The translations under genes were made by a program, and so were the position numbers. A stretch of 64,000 bases of DNA, taken from NCBI RefSeq assembly GCF_006345805.1, contig NC_042997.1, positions 12,028,001 through 12,092,000 of the forward strand. Reading direction: 5' to 3'. The stretch is from Octopus sinensis (lineage: Eukaryota). The notes under the pieces were generated by a model. It ran no database searches. It saw only the letters and a list, made by a program, of their open reading frames with translations, and was not told where the DNA came from. Shown piece after piece: positions 39,459 to 52,863 of this stretch (the stretch's first letter is position 1; each line of letters opens with the position of its first letter).

Positions 39459-41023
39459 GAAAGAGACAGAGCGGGAGGGGGGTGGGAGAAGACAGAAATA
39501 GATAAAAAGTGGTGTGATGGAGACATGCACACCAGGAGGAAAATATATAGAGAAGCATCAGAAATTTATGAATGAAGATGCTAGTAATGGTTTATATAGT
39601 ACGTCATACAATCATATATGAAATGGTAGCAAGCTTGTCAGAACCTCAGAAAACAATAAAGCGTAGCTAGGACTTGAAAAGTCACTGAAACAGAAATGAA
39701 AAAGTGAAAATATAGCGCTAGATTAAAGATAATAATTTTATGGATCATTAACATCACCTTTAGTGATGAAACATCATCAGTAATAAAGCTATTTTAATTT
39801 AAATGATTAAGTCAGTAATCCGATGAAATATAATCGTATTAATAGTTTCTGATGTCAGAGATGTGGACATTTAAATCTAGTGTTAGTTAATCTTATACAT
39901 GCAGCTCATCATGTGAGACATGCCAATGTGTCTAGACCGTTTTAAATGTTTTAGAATACAAAAATGATAACAACTTGTTGAATTATGAAATGTAATTATA
40001 ATTTAATCAATTTACAGATCTAGGTATGAATATAATCCCAGATATATGATATTTCCGGATTATTTATGATACAACGAAAGGCAGTATCCTAAAAGTTCTC
40101 ATGGAAATTCAAGCGTATTCTACACAAATAAGTATCCTTACTTCTTATCCCTTGACCAGGTGGTAGTTGGGACATTCACTAATGATGTCTCATTCAGATT
40201 TTGCCGTTTCTTTCGACCTTGTGCTCTCTGTGATTCAGCAAAAGCAAAGCCTATCCACTTTTTAGTGTTAACCCAAGTGATGACCGATCTGGTATGGATT
40301 CTGATCTGGTTGTCATCATTATGAATGTACCATGGGTAAGTTACCTTGGCGACGCCCATTCCTCTCGAAACTCTTAACAACAAATGTATGTCTCTACCTG
40401 AGACACGCCTTAGCTCCTAAAACTAAAGCCGTTGACCTCGGCATGTTGCTCCGCCCTAGCCGGTGACTCCTTACTTGAGGTCTTTCGCCCACTGGTGCAG
40501 GGGTAACACCCTTCCTTCAATTGGTTTATCCCACTAAATGAAGTGAAGTACCGGGGTGTGGTGCTAGAAGTTATCAAACGAGAGATTTGAAGTTGAATGA
40601 AGACCAGAGATGGTGCACATTTCTGGCAAAATGCATCTGCCAGACATCAAAGGTACTCCCTCTTATCAGAAGTACACACTAAGTATGTATACTTCGTGCA
40701 ATTTTCAGATCAAACAAGCCGTATAGCCTGTGACAGTCACATAATTGAATTACAGACAAAATCTAGAACTAAAAGAAACGAATCGGGCCCAGTAATCTAT
40801 AGGTGCACTATTCAAATCCTTCTCTATCGCGAAAGGAAGAAAAGCCAAATTGATCGCTGACTTCGAGGCTGTTTCATATGTGAGCGCCGAAATAATATGT
40901 GACGCGCTAACGATTCAGCCTTCCGATGAATAAGAATGAGTGTGTGTGTGTGTGTATATGTGTATATGTGTGTATGTGACTGTATCCGACTGTCTGTCTG
41001 TCAATCTATCTATCTCCATTTAT

Positions 41024-41055
<32 letters not shown>

Positions 41056-41741
41056 ACTATATATATACATATAGATATATATGTATACATGAAAATATTT
41101 GTGCGAAAGGGAATTGGAAAGAGAGACATTCATAAGAATGTGTAGGTTAGTAAGTGAAAAAGTGTGTTATTCAAATGTCTAATAATAAAGTTTATCAATT
41201 CTGCTATAAATGGAGACGTTTTATTTGCAACGAAAATCAGGCATGATTCAGAATATCTTAATTTCTAGGAACTATATATTATTGTATATGTTAGTGAGCA
41301 TGTGCACTGTATGTAATTATGTATGTATGTATGTATGTATGTATGTATGTATGTATGTATTATGTGTGTAAGAATGTATGTATGAGTGCTTCCGTATATA
41401 CACATTTACACATATATATTAATATATACGCAAATACACATCTGTACGCTTATTCATGCTGTATGAAAAAAATATATACATATATGTATGTGTATATATA
41501 TCTATACATATATGTAGACAGATATATATACCTGCCTCTGTGTGTATGTGTGTGCGTGCGTATGAGTGTGTGTATGAGTGAGTGCGTGTACGTATGCATA
41601 TGTGTATGTATATGTATGTATATGTAGCATTTTTGCCTGGGCTTGGGTATGTGAGGGATCGAGTGTATCTAGGCAATCATATCACAAACATATACAAATA
41701 TATAAATTTGTATATATTCAAAAGTATATCATATATACATC

Positions 41742-41802
<61 letters not shown>

Positions 41803-42347
41803 AAACATATGTATGTGTATATATTATGTATGTATATATATATATATATATATATGTATATACATACACATTCGTATGTATAGAATTGATGTATTTATTA
41901 TTCGTTTATGTTGGAGAGAAATAAACGCTTTCCAAATTTCAAGTGATCTGTATCTTATAGGTCTTAACAGAATAGTAAAGATATATAATCAATCTAACAG
42001 TATCTGTTATTCTGTGGATGACAGAAGCATTTTCTTCCCTGACTACAAAAACACAATTGCAGTTCGCCGCCATCTTTCTTTCTCTCTTTTTCTCTTTTGC
42101 TTTTCTTCCAAGCAAGATATCTCAAGGGCAGCCAGGAGACAGAAAGACGAGTATAATTCTTATTTTAATTGAACACGGATTCAAGTGGTCTTGTCAGTAC
42201 ACAAATGAATTAGGAATAAACCAAGTATTTTTTTATATCAAAAATTCTAGATAAATTAAAATGCCTTCAGCTGGTAGGCAAAACCATTTTCCACTCAACA
42301 GATATCGAGGCCGTCAGGTAAAACATCTTTTTTGTACGTACATTCAT

Positions 42348-42395
<48 letters not shown>

Positions 42396-42717
42396 ACACA
42401 CATACACACACACATATACACACACATTTATATATAGTATATAGTATATAGATATAAATATATATGTATGCACACATACGTACGTACACATATATGCATT
42501 AGTATATATACGTGTGTTATATGTTCAGCGTATAATTACGTGTGTTTGAATTATTATATACACGTAAATGAACAGGATTTCACCCATACAACCACAAGTA
42601 TACACATATACATACGCAAGTGAAGAAAAGTTCATTATTTTCGCTTTTAGATATGTGTGTATGTATATATGTATATATATGTATTTATCTACATATTGTT
42701 ACACACATACACACACG

Positions 42718-42788
<71 letters not shown>

Positions 42789-43365
42789 GTATATATATAT
42801 ATAGTAATAATAAAAAAAATAATAAGAGAAATAACATCATAAACAGCAAGAAATACTTGTTTGAGGAAAAGTTTTTTAGCATAGAACTCAATGAGTATGA
42901 ACAATACTAATATTCTGAGTAATATAATAACATATAATGAACTAAAATGAATGTACTTTCTCAAACGGAGATAGTGTTATACAATTCAATATAAATGTAT
43001 TAATCTATTATAGTAGTAAAACAGAAATTTTGCAACTTCATCATCGGTGACAGGAAATATTGCCGCGAATGTATCAACCATTTATATAAATCTCAGTTAA
43101 TAATGAATGGATGTAGTGTAAGAAACTGAAAATTCTTGAGTTCTCATAGAGATATTAACGGTTGAAAAATAAATAAAGTATATTTTTTAAAAGATGGATA
43201 AGACCCCAAACTATTAGCGAGCCCTATTAATCGAAATCAACGTTAAAAATTCCTTTGAAGTCATACTATGGAGGTGAACATTAAATTATATTAGAATTAT
43301 TATGCACATTCAAAAGTATCTATTTATCCCACAAATTTTGTCACACTCTCAGAATATATATATAT

Positions 43366-43536
43366 AGGCGTAGGAGTGGCTGTGTGGTAAGTAGCTTGCT
43401 TACGAGCCACATGGTTCCGGGTTCAGTCCCACTGCGTGGAACCTTGGGCAAGTATCTTCTACTATAGCCTCGGGACGACCAAAGCCTTGTGAGTGGATTT
43501 GGTAGACGGAAACTGAAAGAAGCCCGTCGTATATAT

Positions 43537-43567
<31 letters not shown>

Positions 43568-43787
43568 CATGTTTGCGTGTCTGTGTTTGTCTCCCCAACA
43601 TCGGTTGACAACCGATGCTGGTGTGTTTATGTCCCCGTAACTTAGCGGTTCGGCAAAAATGAGACCGATAAAATAAGTACTAGGCTTACAAAGAATAAGT
43701 CCCGGGGTCGATTTGATCGAATAAAGGCGGTGCTCCAGCACGGCCACAGTCACATGACGGAAACAAGTAAAAGTGTAAAAGAGTAAA

Positions 43788-43790
<3 letters not shown>
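43366..43790 (+). mobile_element. SINE family B, full length
   Basis: AGGCGTAGGAGTGGCTGTGTGG head, with repeated GTAAAA units in the tail. Confidence 0.95.
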
Positions 43791-43837
<47 letters not shown>

Positions 43838-43884
43838 ATCTCTCTAAGAGATCAACGCAATAGTTGTACTGTGCGTGTGTAAAT

Positions 43885-44151
43885 CAGGGGTCTCCAACTC
43901 AAATGACTCGAGGGCCACACCTCATGTCGGTTGGATTCTTAAAGAGCCACAAAATTTTTCTCGGTGTGCTTGGAACTCTTTGAAAGAAAAGCTATACCTG
44001 ATGCTGTTTTCCATTAGTTTTATAATAACAGATTATAAATCAAGACTCTAGAATTCTATTGTGAAGCAAAGGTAGCATATTTATCTCTCAACAAGTGATG
44101 ACAATGATGGTTAGACATATTTATGTCAAATAACACATACAGACACACACA

Positions 44152-44184
<33 letters not shown>

Positions 44185-44197
44185 CACACACACACAC

Positions 44198-44245
<48 letters not shown>

Positions 44246-45518
44246 AAGAATGTACTCTTTGTTCAAAACTACTGGCTACTTTTCTGGCACCACTTTTTCT
44301 TAATCAGCTCGAAAATTTCAGGCATTATTATTCTTATTGTTGTCAACCTTAAGGATGATTTCAAATGTTCATCTGTCAGCCTGAGACGCAGGTACGTCGT
44401 GTTCAATTTTAAGGTTAAGAAAAAAAAAACTCTCACACAAATATGTCCTTCCAAACTTACACAACACTTTCTTAAACAAACATGATATTTGGGCATTTTC
44501 ACAGGGTCAACATAAGTGTAGAATTGAAGCACTCCAACATCTGAAAACTTCTGGTTTAATGCTGAATTACATGCGATGTCAATAAGTTCAATTTGAAAAG
44601 AGGAAGGAACATCATTAACATCAACAGCAAAGAGGTTCGAAAATACATCAAGTTGTGACTTCATTTCCTTCAATTCTTTAAACCGTCTGTCAAATTCCCT
44701 CTGTAGTCTGTTGATAAGTTCCACACGCTTCTGCAGTGCATCATAGTCTACTGATTTCAACGTTTACAACGATGGGAAATGGTAAAAGTTTTTTTTAGTA
44801 GTAATTGTTTCTCCCACAGACTTAGTCTCATTTTGAAAGCAGTGATGTTGTCACTCATTTGCATAATCATGTCTGACTCACCTTGGAGTTTCAATCTGAG
44901 TGTATTCAGGTGCTTGGTGATGCCAACAAAGAAAGCCAAACATGTACGAAAACCATCATCCCCCAATTCTGGAACATCTGTTTGCTTCGGAGCCATGAAC
45001 ACGCCTATTTCTTCCCTAAGCACAAAGAATCTCTCCAAAATTTACCCCGACGTAGCCAGCGTACTTCAGAGTGATAAAGCAGCTTTCCATATTCACAATT
45101 CATTTGCTCCAGGAAGGTCTTGAATTGACGATGATACAAATTGCGTGCTCTGATGGTATTTACGATTTTAACCACGACATCTATGGCATTTCGTAGCTTC
45201 ACTGCTTTTCCACAAAGGCCTCTTGATGAATCAGGCAATGAACAGATACAACAGATGTCACGAACAAAAATTGCACAAAATGCAGTGTCACACATAGCAG
45301 TACTCTCATCAAGTGCCAGGGAGTACTCATCAAAAGTTTGAGATAATGAAATTAATTGCTTCTCCGCACTGGCTGACATTTCTATAATTCGTGGAGGAAC
45401 TGTGTTAGCAGAAAGACTAATTTTAGAGATTTTTCACTATTTCTGGACAGATAATTTGGGCAACATTCATTGAACAGTCTTTCACGGATTGACCACCGGT
45501 AAATAGGTGTGATGTCTT
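43885..45518 (-). mobile_element. hAT (Charlie/SPIN/GTF2IRD2-like) transposase pseudogene with one terminus
   Basis: Terminus CAGGGGTCTCCAAC. Frameshifted remnants YSLALDEST, LLYHSEVRWL, LAFFVGITKHLNTLRLKLQG, EFDRRF, and a dimerisation-like LRLRLTDEHLKSSLRL. The 5' end is lost at the SINE at 45520. Confidence 0.9.
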
Positions 45519-45519
45519 T

Positions 45520-45903
45520 GCAGCCGTAGCTGTGCGGTAAGAAGCTTGCTTTCGAACCACATGGTTCTGGGTTCAGTCCCACTGCGTGGCACCTTCGGTA
45601 AGTGTCTTTTACTATAGCCTCGAGTTGACCAATGCATTGTGAGTAGATTTGGTGGACGGAAATTGAAAGAAGTTCGTCGTACATATATGTATATGTTCGT
45701 GTGTCTGTGTTTGTCCACTCACCATCACCTGACAAATGATGTTGGTGTGTTTATGTCCCCGTAACATAGCAGTTCTACAATAGAGACCGATATAATACGT
45801 ACTAGGCTTACAAAGAAGTTCTGAGGTCGATCATTTCGACTAAAGGCGGTGCTCCAGCATGGCCGCAGTCAAGTGGCTGAAACAATTAAAAGAATAAAAG
45901 AAT
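45520..45903 (+). mobile_element. SINE family B
   Basis: Homologous to 43366-43790. Confidence 0.9.
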
Positions 45904-45955
45904 GCATATAGATATGTTTACGCGTCCATATATGTGCAGACACACACATCGACAC

Positions 45956-46217
45956 TTTTATTCTTTCACTTGTTTTAGTCATTTGAATGCACCGCCTTTG
46001 TTCGGAGAAATCGACGCCAGGACAATTCTTTGTAAGCCTGGTACTTACTCTATCGAATCTTTTGTCGAACCGCTAAGTTATGGGTAACTAAGCACACCAA
46101 CATCGGTTGTCAAGCGAAGGGGGAGACAAACGCAGACACAGAAACATATACATACATACCGACATACAGACAGACAGACATGCATGCATGCATGCATGCA
46201 TACATACATACATACAT

Positions 46218-46256
<39 letters not shown>

Positions 46257-46259
46257 CAC

Positions 46260-46301
<42 letters not shown>

Positions 46302-46481
46302 CATACATACACGCACACGACGGGCTACCTTTAGCTTTCGTCTACCAAACCCACTCACAAGGCTTCGGTCAGACCGAGGCTCTAATTGAAGACACACTCT
46401 CAAGATGCCACGCATTGAGATTGAGCCCGGAACCATATGGCTGTGAAGCAAGCTTGTTAACACGCAGCCACTCCTGCGCCT
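45956..46481 (-). mobile_element. SINE family B, inverted, with expanded internal microsatellite
   Basis: Reverse-complement homologue, with CA/CATA/TA expansion at 46130-46310. Confidence 0.85.
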
Positions 46482-46494
46482 ATATATATATATG

Positions 46495-46695
46495 TATTTC
46501 TTTACTACCCACAAGGGGCTAAACACAGAGAGGACAAACAAGGACAGTCAAACGGATTAAGTCGCTTACATCGACCCCAGTGCGCAACTGGTACTTAATT
46601 TATCGACTCCGAAAGGATGAAAGGCAAAGTCGACCTCGGCGGAATTTGAACTCAGAACGTAACGGCAGACGAAATACGGCCACGCATTTCGCCCA
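46495..46695 (-). mobile_element. SINE family A, tail type 1, 5'-truncated
   Basis: Reverse complement of the 3' part of 2942-3175. Confidence 0.9.
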
Positions 46696-47360
46696 TATAT
46701 GTGTGTGTGTGTGTGTGTGTGTATGTGTTTTTTTGTGCGTATTTGTGTCTGAGTTTGTGTATTTGTGTGTGTGTGTTTGTGTATGTATGTGAGTGTGAAT
46801 GTATACATATATATGTAATCATAGAATAACAGAAAAAAAAACGGGAGAACCAGATGGTTTGAAGCCGAGAAACGGAAATGAGTCACTTGGTCGTTTGGGA
46901 GCAAGAGAAGAGTTTAGATGAGCAGTTATTTGAACACCGGTAACCAGCTAACGAGAAGGCGTTTCACCTCTGAACACCAAATGAACGGTGAACTCCGCTT
47001 GACGATGCCAACTCTACGTGGTGCCGGCTATATTCACTAAAGCCGAATGAAAGAAATATTTTTACTGCTATTAGTATAATTACACGTTTTCTTCTTTCAC
47101 GACGGCAGTATCTAACAAGAGCTAAAGAGATACGTGTTTAGTGATACGTGCGATTTGTCTTCACTTAGAAGTTTGAGGGTTTCTCTAGGGGACTTAGAAG
47201 AACGTGGTAACTGAAACATGATGTACAAAGCAGGTATTCATTATTTGACATCGCATGCATGTAAAATGTTAAATGTAAAAATAATTGAAACTAATCATGT
47301 TTATTTTCATACTTTTCAGTTAAAACTGCTTTTGTAAGTAATTCATTATGTTTTTTGTTG

Positions 47361-47742
47361 TGGAGGCGCAATGGCCCAGTGGTTAGGGCAGCGGACTCGC
47401 GGTCATAGGATCGCGGTCCCGATTCCCAGACCGGGCGTTGTGAGTGCTTATTGAGCGAAAACACCTAAAGCTCCACGAGGCTCCGACAGGGATGGTGGTG
47501 ATCCCCGCTGTACTCTTTCACCACAACTTTCTCTCACTCTTACTTCCTGTTTCTGTTGTACCTGTATTTCAAAGGGCCGGCCTTGTCACTCTCTGTGTCA
47601 CGCTGAATATCCCCGAGAACTACGTTAAGGGTACATGTGTCTGTGGAGTGCTCAGCCACTTTCACGTTAATTTCACGAGCAGGCTGTTCCGTTGATCGGA
47701 TCAACCGGAACCCTCGTCGTCGTAACCGACGGAGTGCTTCCA
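47361..47742 (+). mobile_element. SINE family C with 12-bp TSD
   Basis: ATGTTTTTTGTT occurs at 47348-47359 and 47747-47758. Confidence 0.95.
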
Positions 47743-48863
47743 TTCCATGTTTTTTGTTAAAATCTTCAGAACAGCTTAGTGGAAAGTTTATTTCTGTCAT
47801 CAGATGGTCTCCGACTGTATCTTCTATCGTATTGCCTCTGCTATATGGTCTCATTTTTTTTTATTATAGAAAACACGTGTTCAAGTACACTCGTAGATGT
47901 ACTCTAGGAAAACAATTAAAGTATTCTACTTTCATACTACAGAAGTAAGTTGTTTTTTTTTACTAATATGTATTTTTCTTTGAAATTAATAAAACACTTG
48001 GCCACTTTTCTTCATACTTAAAATTTCTGTCTTTCCATAGAAGCCCAAAAGCTCTTTTCAGTAACAACTTCATCAAATAATAGATCAATATTTATTTCTT
48101 GCTTTCTAGTCCTCTGCTTAATCATATTTGCACGCTACACAGAAGTGGACCAAGCTATATCCACATGATGTTTCCCGGCTGTTCAAAATTCTCTCACCTT
48201 AGTCTAAGCATGAGAGATATCTTCCATTAATTCTACAATTTCTTCTTCACTTTTTCAATATTTTGCCCATTTTCTTCAATTTTTTGTTTCTGCTTGGCCT
48301 TTGTATTCTGAGACACAAATTCATAACTTCTCTCTTTCTCATTTGTGTCTTTGTAATTAAATTTGAATTCTGCTGCATTGGAATTGTCTCAGTCCATGGC
48401 CAGTATCAATGTACCAAAAAACTCTAAACTGCCCACATACAAGCTATAAATAATTTCCTCCAAAATCCTTTTCATTGATATTTTTTTATCAGTTCAGGCA
48501 GTGTCCTTGAAAACAAACATAAAATTTCAAGCCAGCAAAAATGGAAGAATTCTTTGAGCTACTGGTAGTATTGACAAAAATTTAATATTACCAAGGCAAA
48601 GTCACAAAATTGTTGTAGCTGTGATAAACGAGCTACTTATACTTTTGAAACTATTTGAAAATTTTAAACGATATATGTTTCAATATCAAGTGTGCACCAC
48701 AGCCAGTGCCAACTAGGTCCCTTTCAAATTTGGTTTTCAATCAGCTGAATATGTTCTTGCTGTTCGTTGTAGACAGTCAAAGTTTATGCTGACGTTTTCT
48801 TCACAAAATCTAATGACTTCTGTCATCAATCAGTGATTTTACATAACTAAGGCAGAAGCTTAT

Positions 48864-48982
48864 AATTGGCGGATATTTGTCCTCATCATGTTTGTTGTTA
48901 GCCCGTTTCGGCTGATATACCCTCCAGGTATCTTGGGGGAAATTTCGAACCTGGATTCTCATTCCTAAGGTATTTTTCGATG

Positions 48983-49013
<31 letters not shown>

Positions 49014-49220
49014 GATAATTATGATTATTATTATTATTATCATTATTATTATTATCATCATTATTGTTATTGTTATTATTATTTCCCCAAGACACCTGAT
49101 GAAGGCTGGAGTGTATATCAACCGAAACGTTGTGTTAACAACAAACAAGATGAGGATAAATATCCGTCAATTGTAAATAATGTAAATAATGTAAATAATT
49201 CCTCATCTCTTAAATATAGA
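48864..49220. mobile_element. PLE pseudo-LTR-like inverted pair around (ATT)n
   Basis: 48864-48945 is the reverse complement of 49081-49172, apart from a 10-nt deletion and a few other differences. Confidence 0.8.
49091..49135 (+). ncRNA. Minimal type I hammerhead ribozyme
   Basis: gacac CTGATGA a ggctgg-agtgtata-tcaacc GAAACGTT gtgtt: intact core, palindromic AACGTT stem III, and one stem II mismatch (the inverted copy reads cagcc). Confidence 0.75.
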
Positions 49221-49587
49221 ACCAAAACAGAATCATTAGTCAATATCTCAATTGTTTTACTTGGAACATTATCTATATCCAAAATTTTGCGTCATATCCT
49301 TTGACGACCAGAAACATAAAGTATAATTTTAACATCTTTTCATTTCAAAGCAGTCATAGAAATTGCTTCTGTTAGGCCTTCAGCAAGCTCAGATTTAGCC
49401 ATTCGTGCAATCACAATTAAATTATGGCTCGTAGTAAATGAAACTTTGAATCAAACAGTTTTAAGACCAATTTTGACGAACCGTCTTGAGACTTAATTTA
49501 TGAGAAACGTGGCTCCTTTAGTGGCAGCAAGAAGTTCTAATTCAATTATTTTTTATGAATTTTTATGTAAAAAAAAAGGATCTAATT

Positions 49588-50518
49588 AGGCGTGGCTGTG
49601 TGGTAAGAAGCTTGCTTCTCAACCACATGGTTCTGGTTCACACCTTGGGCAAGTAGCTTCGCACGTCGTCAACGCACGAAACTCTCGGTCTCGGACCTTG
49701 AGTCACTCTGTTGCTTCTGCTAAATGTTAATATGTGTGTGTGTGTGTGTGTGTATCTGTGTCTGTCCCCATCACCGCTTGACAACTGTTGTTTGTGTATT
49801 GGGTTGTCCGGAAAGTTCGTGCCGATTTATTGTAGCTTACATTTTTTGACATATTTTAGAACATGGTTGAGTCCATAAAATAGGATTTGACTACACCTCC
49901 ATTTAGAGCACAGTTTAAGCTATCTTTTCGTAGAAGAAGATTTATGTTCCTATAACCTGTGTTAATTCTGTAGCCCTTTAAATTGAATATAAGAAAGTTC
50001 ATTTTCGGCACTTGATGATTTGGGAACCAGACAAAAATTGCTGCAGCTCGGCTGGGATGTGTTGCCCCTCTCTCCATATTCACCAGGTATTGCTCCTTCG
50101 GTTTTCCACTCATTCAGATCTCTGCAGAATAGTCTTAATGGTAAAAATTTCGATTTCTTGGCTGATGTAAAAAGATACCTTGATGAATTCTTTGCGATGA
50201 AACCACCTCAATTCTGGGAAGAAGGTATTTTCAAGTTAAACGAAAGACGGTGAGTCATTGTGCAACAAAATGGTTCATATTTGGTTGTTTAAAAATGTAA
50301 TGGCAAGTATTTATTGACTTTTTTCTTTCCTTTAAAAATCGGCATGAACTTTCCGGACAACCCAATATTTATGCTCCAGTAACGTAACCATTAATTAAAA
50401 AGAGCGATAGTATAAGTACTGGGCTTTAACGGAAAATAAATACTGGGGTCAGTTCATTCGACTAAACTCTTTCAAGGTCGTGCACCTGAATGGCTGAAAC
50501 AAGTAAAAGATGAAAGAT
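49588..50518 (+). mobile_element. SINE family B split by a mariner element
   Basis: 5' half at 49588-49796 and 3' half at 50368-50518. Confidence 0.7.
49799..50365 (+). mobile_element. Internally deleted mariner element
   Basis: ~30-bp TIR TTGGGTTGTCCGGAAAGTTC(G/A)TGCCGATTT with TA TSD. The N-terminus EYKKVHFRHLMIWE is fused to the C-terminus KLLQLGWDVLPLSPYSPGIAPSVFHSFRSLQNSLNGKNF. Confidence 0.95.
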
Positions 50519-50819
50519 TAAAGCTAAATCGTGATGAATTAGCGGTAAAACACGCTTTGTGCCTTTGAAATTCTAAACAGTCTTTCATACCCATTTAAAT
50601 TCACTGTACCACAGAGAACTCGGCAAAAAGGTGATCACATTTTATTCTGTCAGTATAATGGATTTTCTTTTTTTGAGAAAAGTGTAATCTATCTTTAGGT
50701 CGCCTTTTAATGAAGATGCTCTTTTCTACATTGTAAAATGTAATAAAACCTTTTTTAAGGAAAATATGTATAAAATATCAAAACAAAGGAAAATATGAAA
50801 TATGAGTTATCATTATTAT

Positions 50820-51177
50820 TTATTCTGGACGGGTTCTAAGCCTGGCTGGAACAATAAAGTCCACGCGTCACACTTCTCGGTTCATCATCCGCGTGGTCGT
50901 GGATACATTCCAGGCCAGTGTCTGCAGTCAAGTTGTCGATGTATCTGTAATGACGATTTCCTCCTCTTACATCACCATGAAGTGGGTTTCACAAGAGTAA
51001 TTTGGCTGCTACCAACTCAGCGTGGTGCACACACTGACCAGATAGTCGTAGCTAACTATCGGCACGTCTTTATAAAGGCGTTAATTTGTCATATGTTGCT
51101 GCCATTTCACATTTAGGGCCATTCGTAGCATCCATCTAGACCATTTGATAGCTTCTTTGACAGTATCTATATTTCAC

Positions 51178-51180
<3 letters not shown>
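50820..51180 (-). mobile_element. RTE-clade LINE 3' fragment
   Basis: LDGCY..MALNVKWQQHMTN..GQCVHHAELVAAKLLL*NPLHG..RGG..YIDNLTADTGL. Confidence 0.75.
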
Positions 51181-51221
<41 letters not shown>

Positions 51222-52069
51222 TCTCTAGCTTCAGCTCAGAGCTGCGGCCAAGCTGATGCATTACCGTTTTGCTACACTGTTATTACTAAGAGCCACCTCT
51301 AATATGTGTCACTTGGTGAAGAATGAAAGTTTGATATAGCTACCCTCATTTGCACCTCTTGCCGTGCGGTAGGTTCATCTGGGACTCTCGACAGGAAGAG
51401 GTCCAGCTTTGATTAAAAAACCCCTACATCTACTTTGTCCAGGTTCCTCAGGCTCTTTGGGAGAATATTAAAATGCTGTGGGCCCCTGAAAACCAGGCTG
51501 TTGCAGTAACTGGTCCTGAAGCGCGATGGCGTTGCTCGGATCTTTGGCACTATGCAGTGTCGTCTCGTTCTGACACTGGTGTAGCTTTCAATGCCAAATT
51601 TTGGCACAATTCCTTCCAGGATCTTCTAGATATATATTACTGCATACATCCCCCGTCTTCTCTCCAGGAAGTAGAGCCTTAACTGTTTCAACCTTTCCCA
51701 GTAGATGAGCTGTTGCAAAGAGACGATCATCTTTGCGAATCTTCTCTGGATTGCTTCAAGATCCGCTGTTAATTTCATACTGGTGGGTGACCGTATCTGT
51801 GAGCAGTAATCTAGGCGGCTGAGGACGAATGTCCGCTAGAGGATCATAATGGTTTTCTTATCTCTGGTTCAGAATGTACTTAGGATCCATCCAGCCAGTC
51901 GTCTGCACTTTGTCACCATCCTGGTAATGTGCACTTGGAAAGAGGTATCATCACTCACTGATTTAGGCTCTGGGATTGAAATTCCCTGTGGACCGGTGCA
52001 CCTTGTAAGTTTCCAGTTCAGTTTTGGATCCTGGTAGCGCAGGGCTTGGAATTTTTCAGCATTAAACTG

Positions 52070-52070
<1 letters not shown>
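51222..52070 (-). mobile_element. CR1/L2-group LINE 3' fragment
   Basis: [57 protein letters not shown]. (TA)n on both sides. Confidence 0.85.
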
Positions 52071-52115
<45 letters not shown>

Positions 52116-52179
52116 TAATATATAAATATATGCATATATACAAACATATATGTACATACTACACACACACACACACATA

Positions 52180-52217
<38 letters not shown>

Positions 52218-52560
52218 TATGGGTACAGGACATCAAAAGAACGTTGAATACAATGAGAAACGAAAACAAAAAAAACAAAAACATACAAACGAAATTTTTT
52301 TCCCGAACAACGAAAATAAACAAAGAAACGAGACATGCAACATAAAGAATATTCCCCTTCTTCAGTTGTCCCTGTTTCATCTACTCCGCGGTACGATGGC
52401 AAGTACAAGACGCGACTTCATTGAAACAGTCCTTCCCGCAAAGCAAATTAAATAAAATTTGTTTTTTTTTTTGCGGAGGGTGAGAGTGGTAACAAGAAGA
52501 GGACAGTGGGTACAAAACAGTAAAAACAAACGGTGAGGGCTGTTAAGCCAAGACGGTAGA

Positions 52561-52606
<46 letters not shown>

Positions 52607-52683
52607 GCATCCATTCCCAAGTGTGGTACCGTTGGCGATTTTTTCCCTCTGTCTTCCCTTCTCTGGATCTTTCCTTCTCCTAT

Positions 52684-52718
52684 GTTTCCGACGAAGAGCT
52701 CCGCTCGAAACGTTAAAC
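52684..52718 (+). ncRNA. Minimal hammerhead-like motif (core CCGACGA)
   Basis: gttt CCGACGA a gagc-tcc-gctc GAAACGTT aaac: stems I and II are perfect, with a U4C core change. Confidence 0.6.
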
Positions 52719-52805
52719 CCTCCTTCTTTCCTTAGCGTACAATAATACTATATTTGTTCCACGTCCTCGTGTTGTGTTTTTTTGTGCTCTCTTGTTTGGA
52801 TTAAC

Positions 52806-52863
<58 letters not shown>

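Larger units (their letters stand above)
48150..49540 (-). mobile_element. Highly decayed hAT-like transposase relic
   Basis: Minus-strand peptide remnants ELELLAATKGATF, MAKSELAEGLTEA, RDLVGTGCGAH and RLSQLQQFCDFA in colinear order. Many stops; interrupted at 48864-49220. Confidence 0.5.

Noticed and set aside
47361-47440. tRNA-like heads of SINEs as tRNA genes
   Set aside because: They have no complete acceptor stem and continue into repeated SINE bodies with TSDs.
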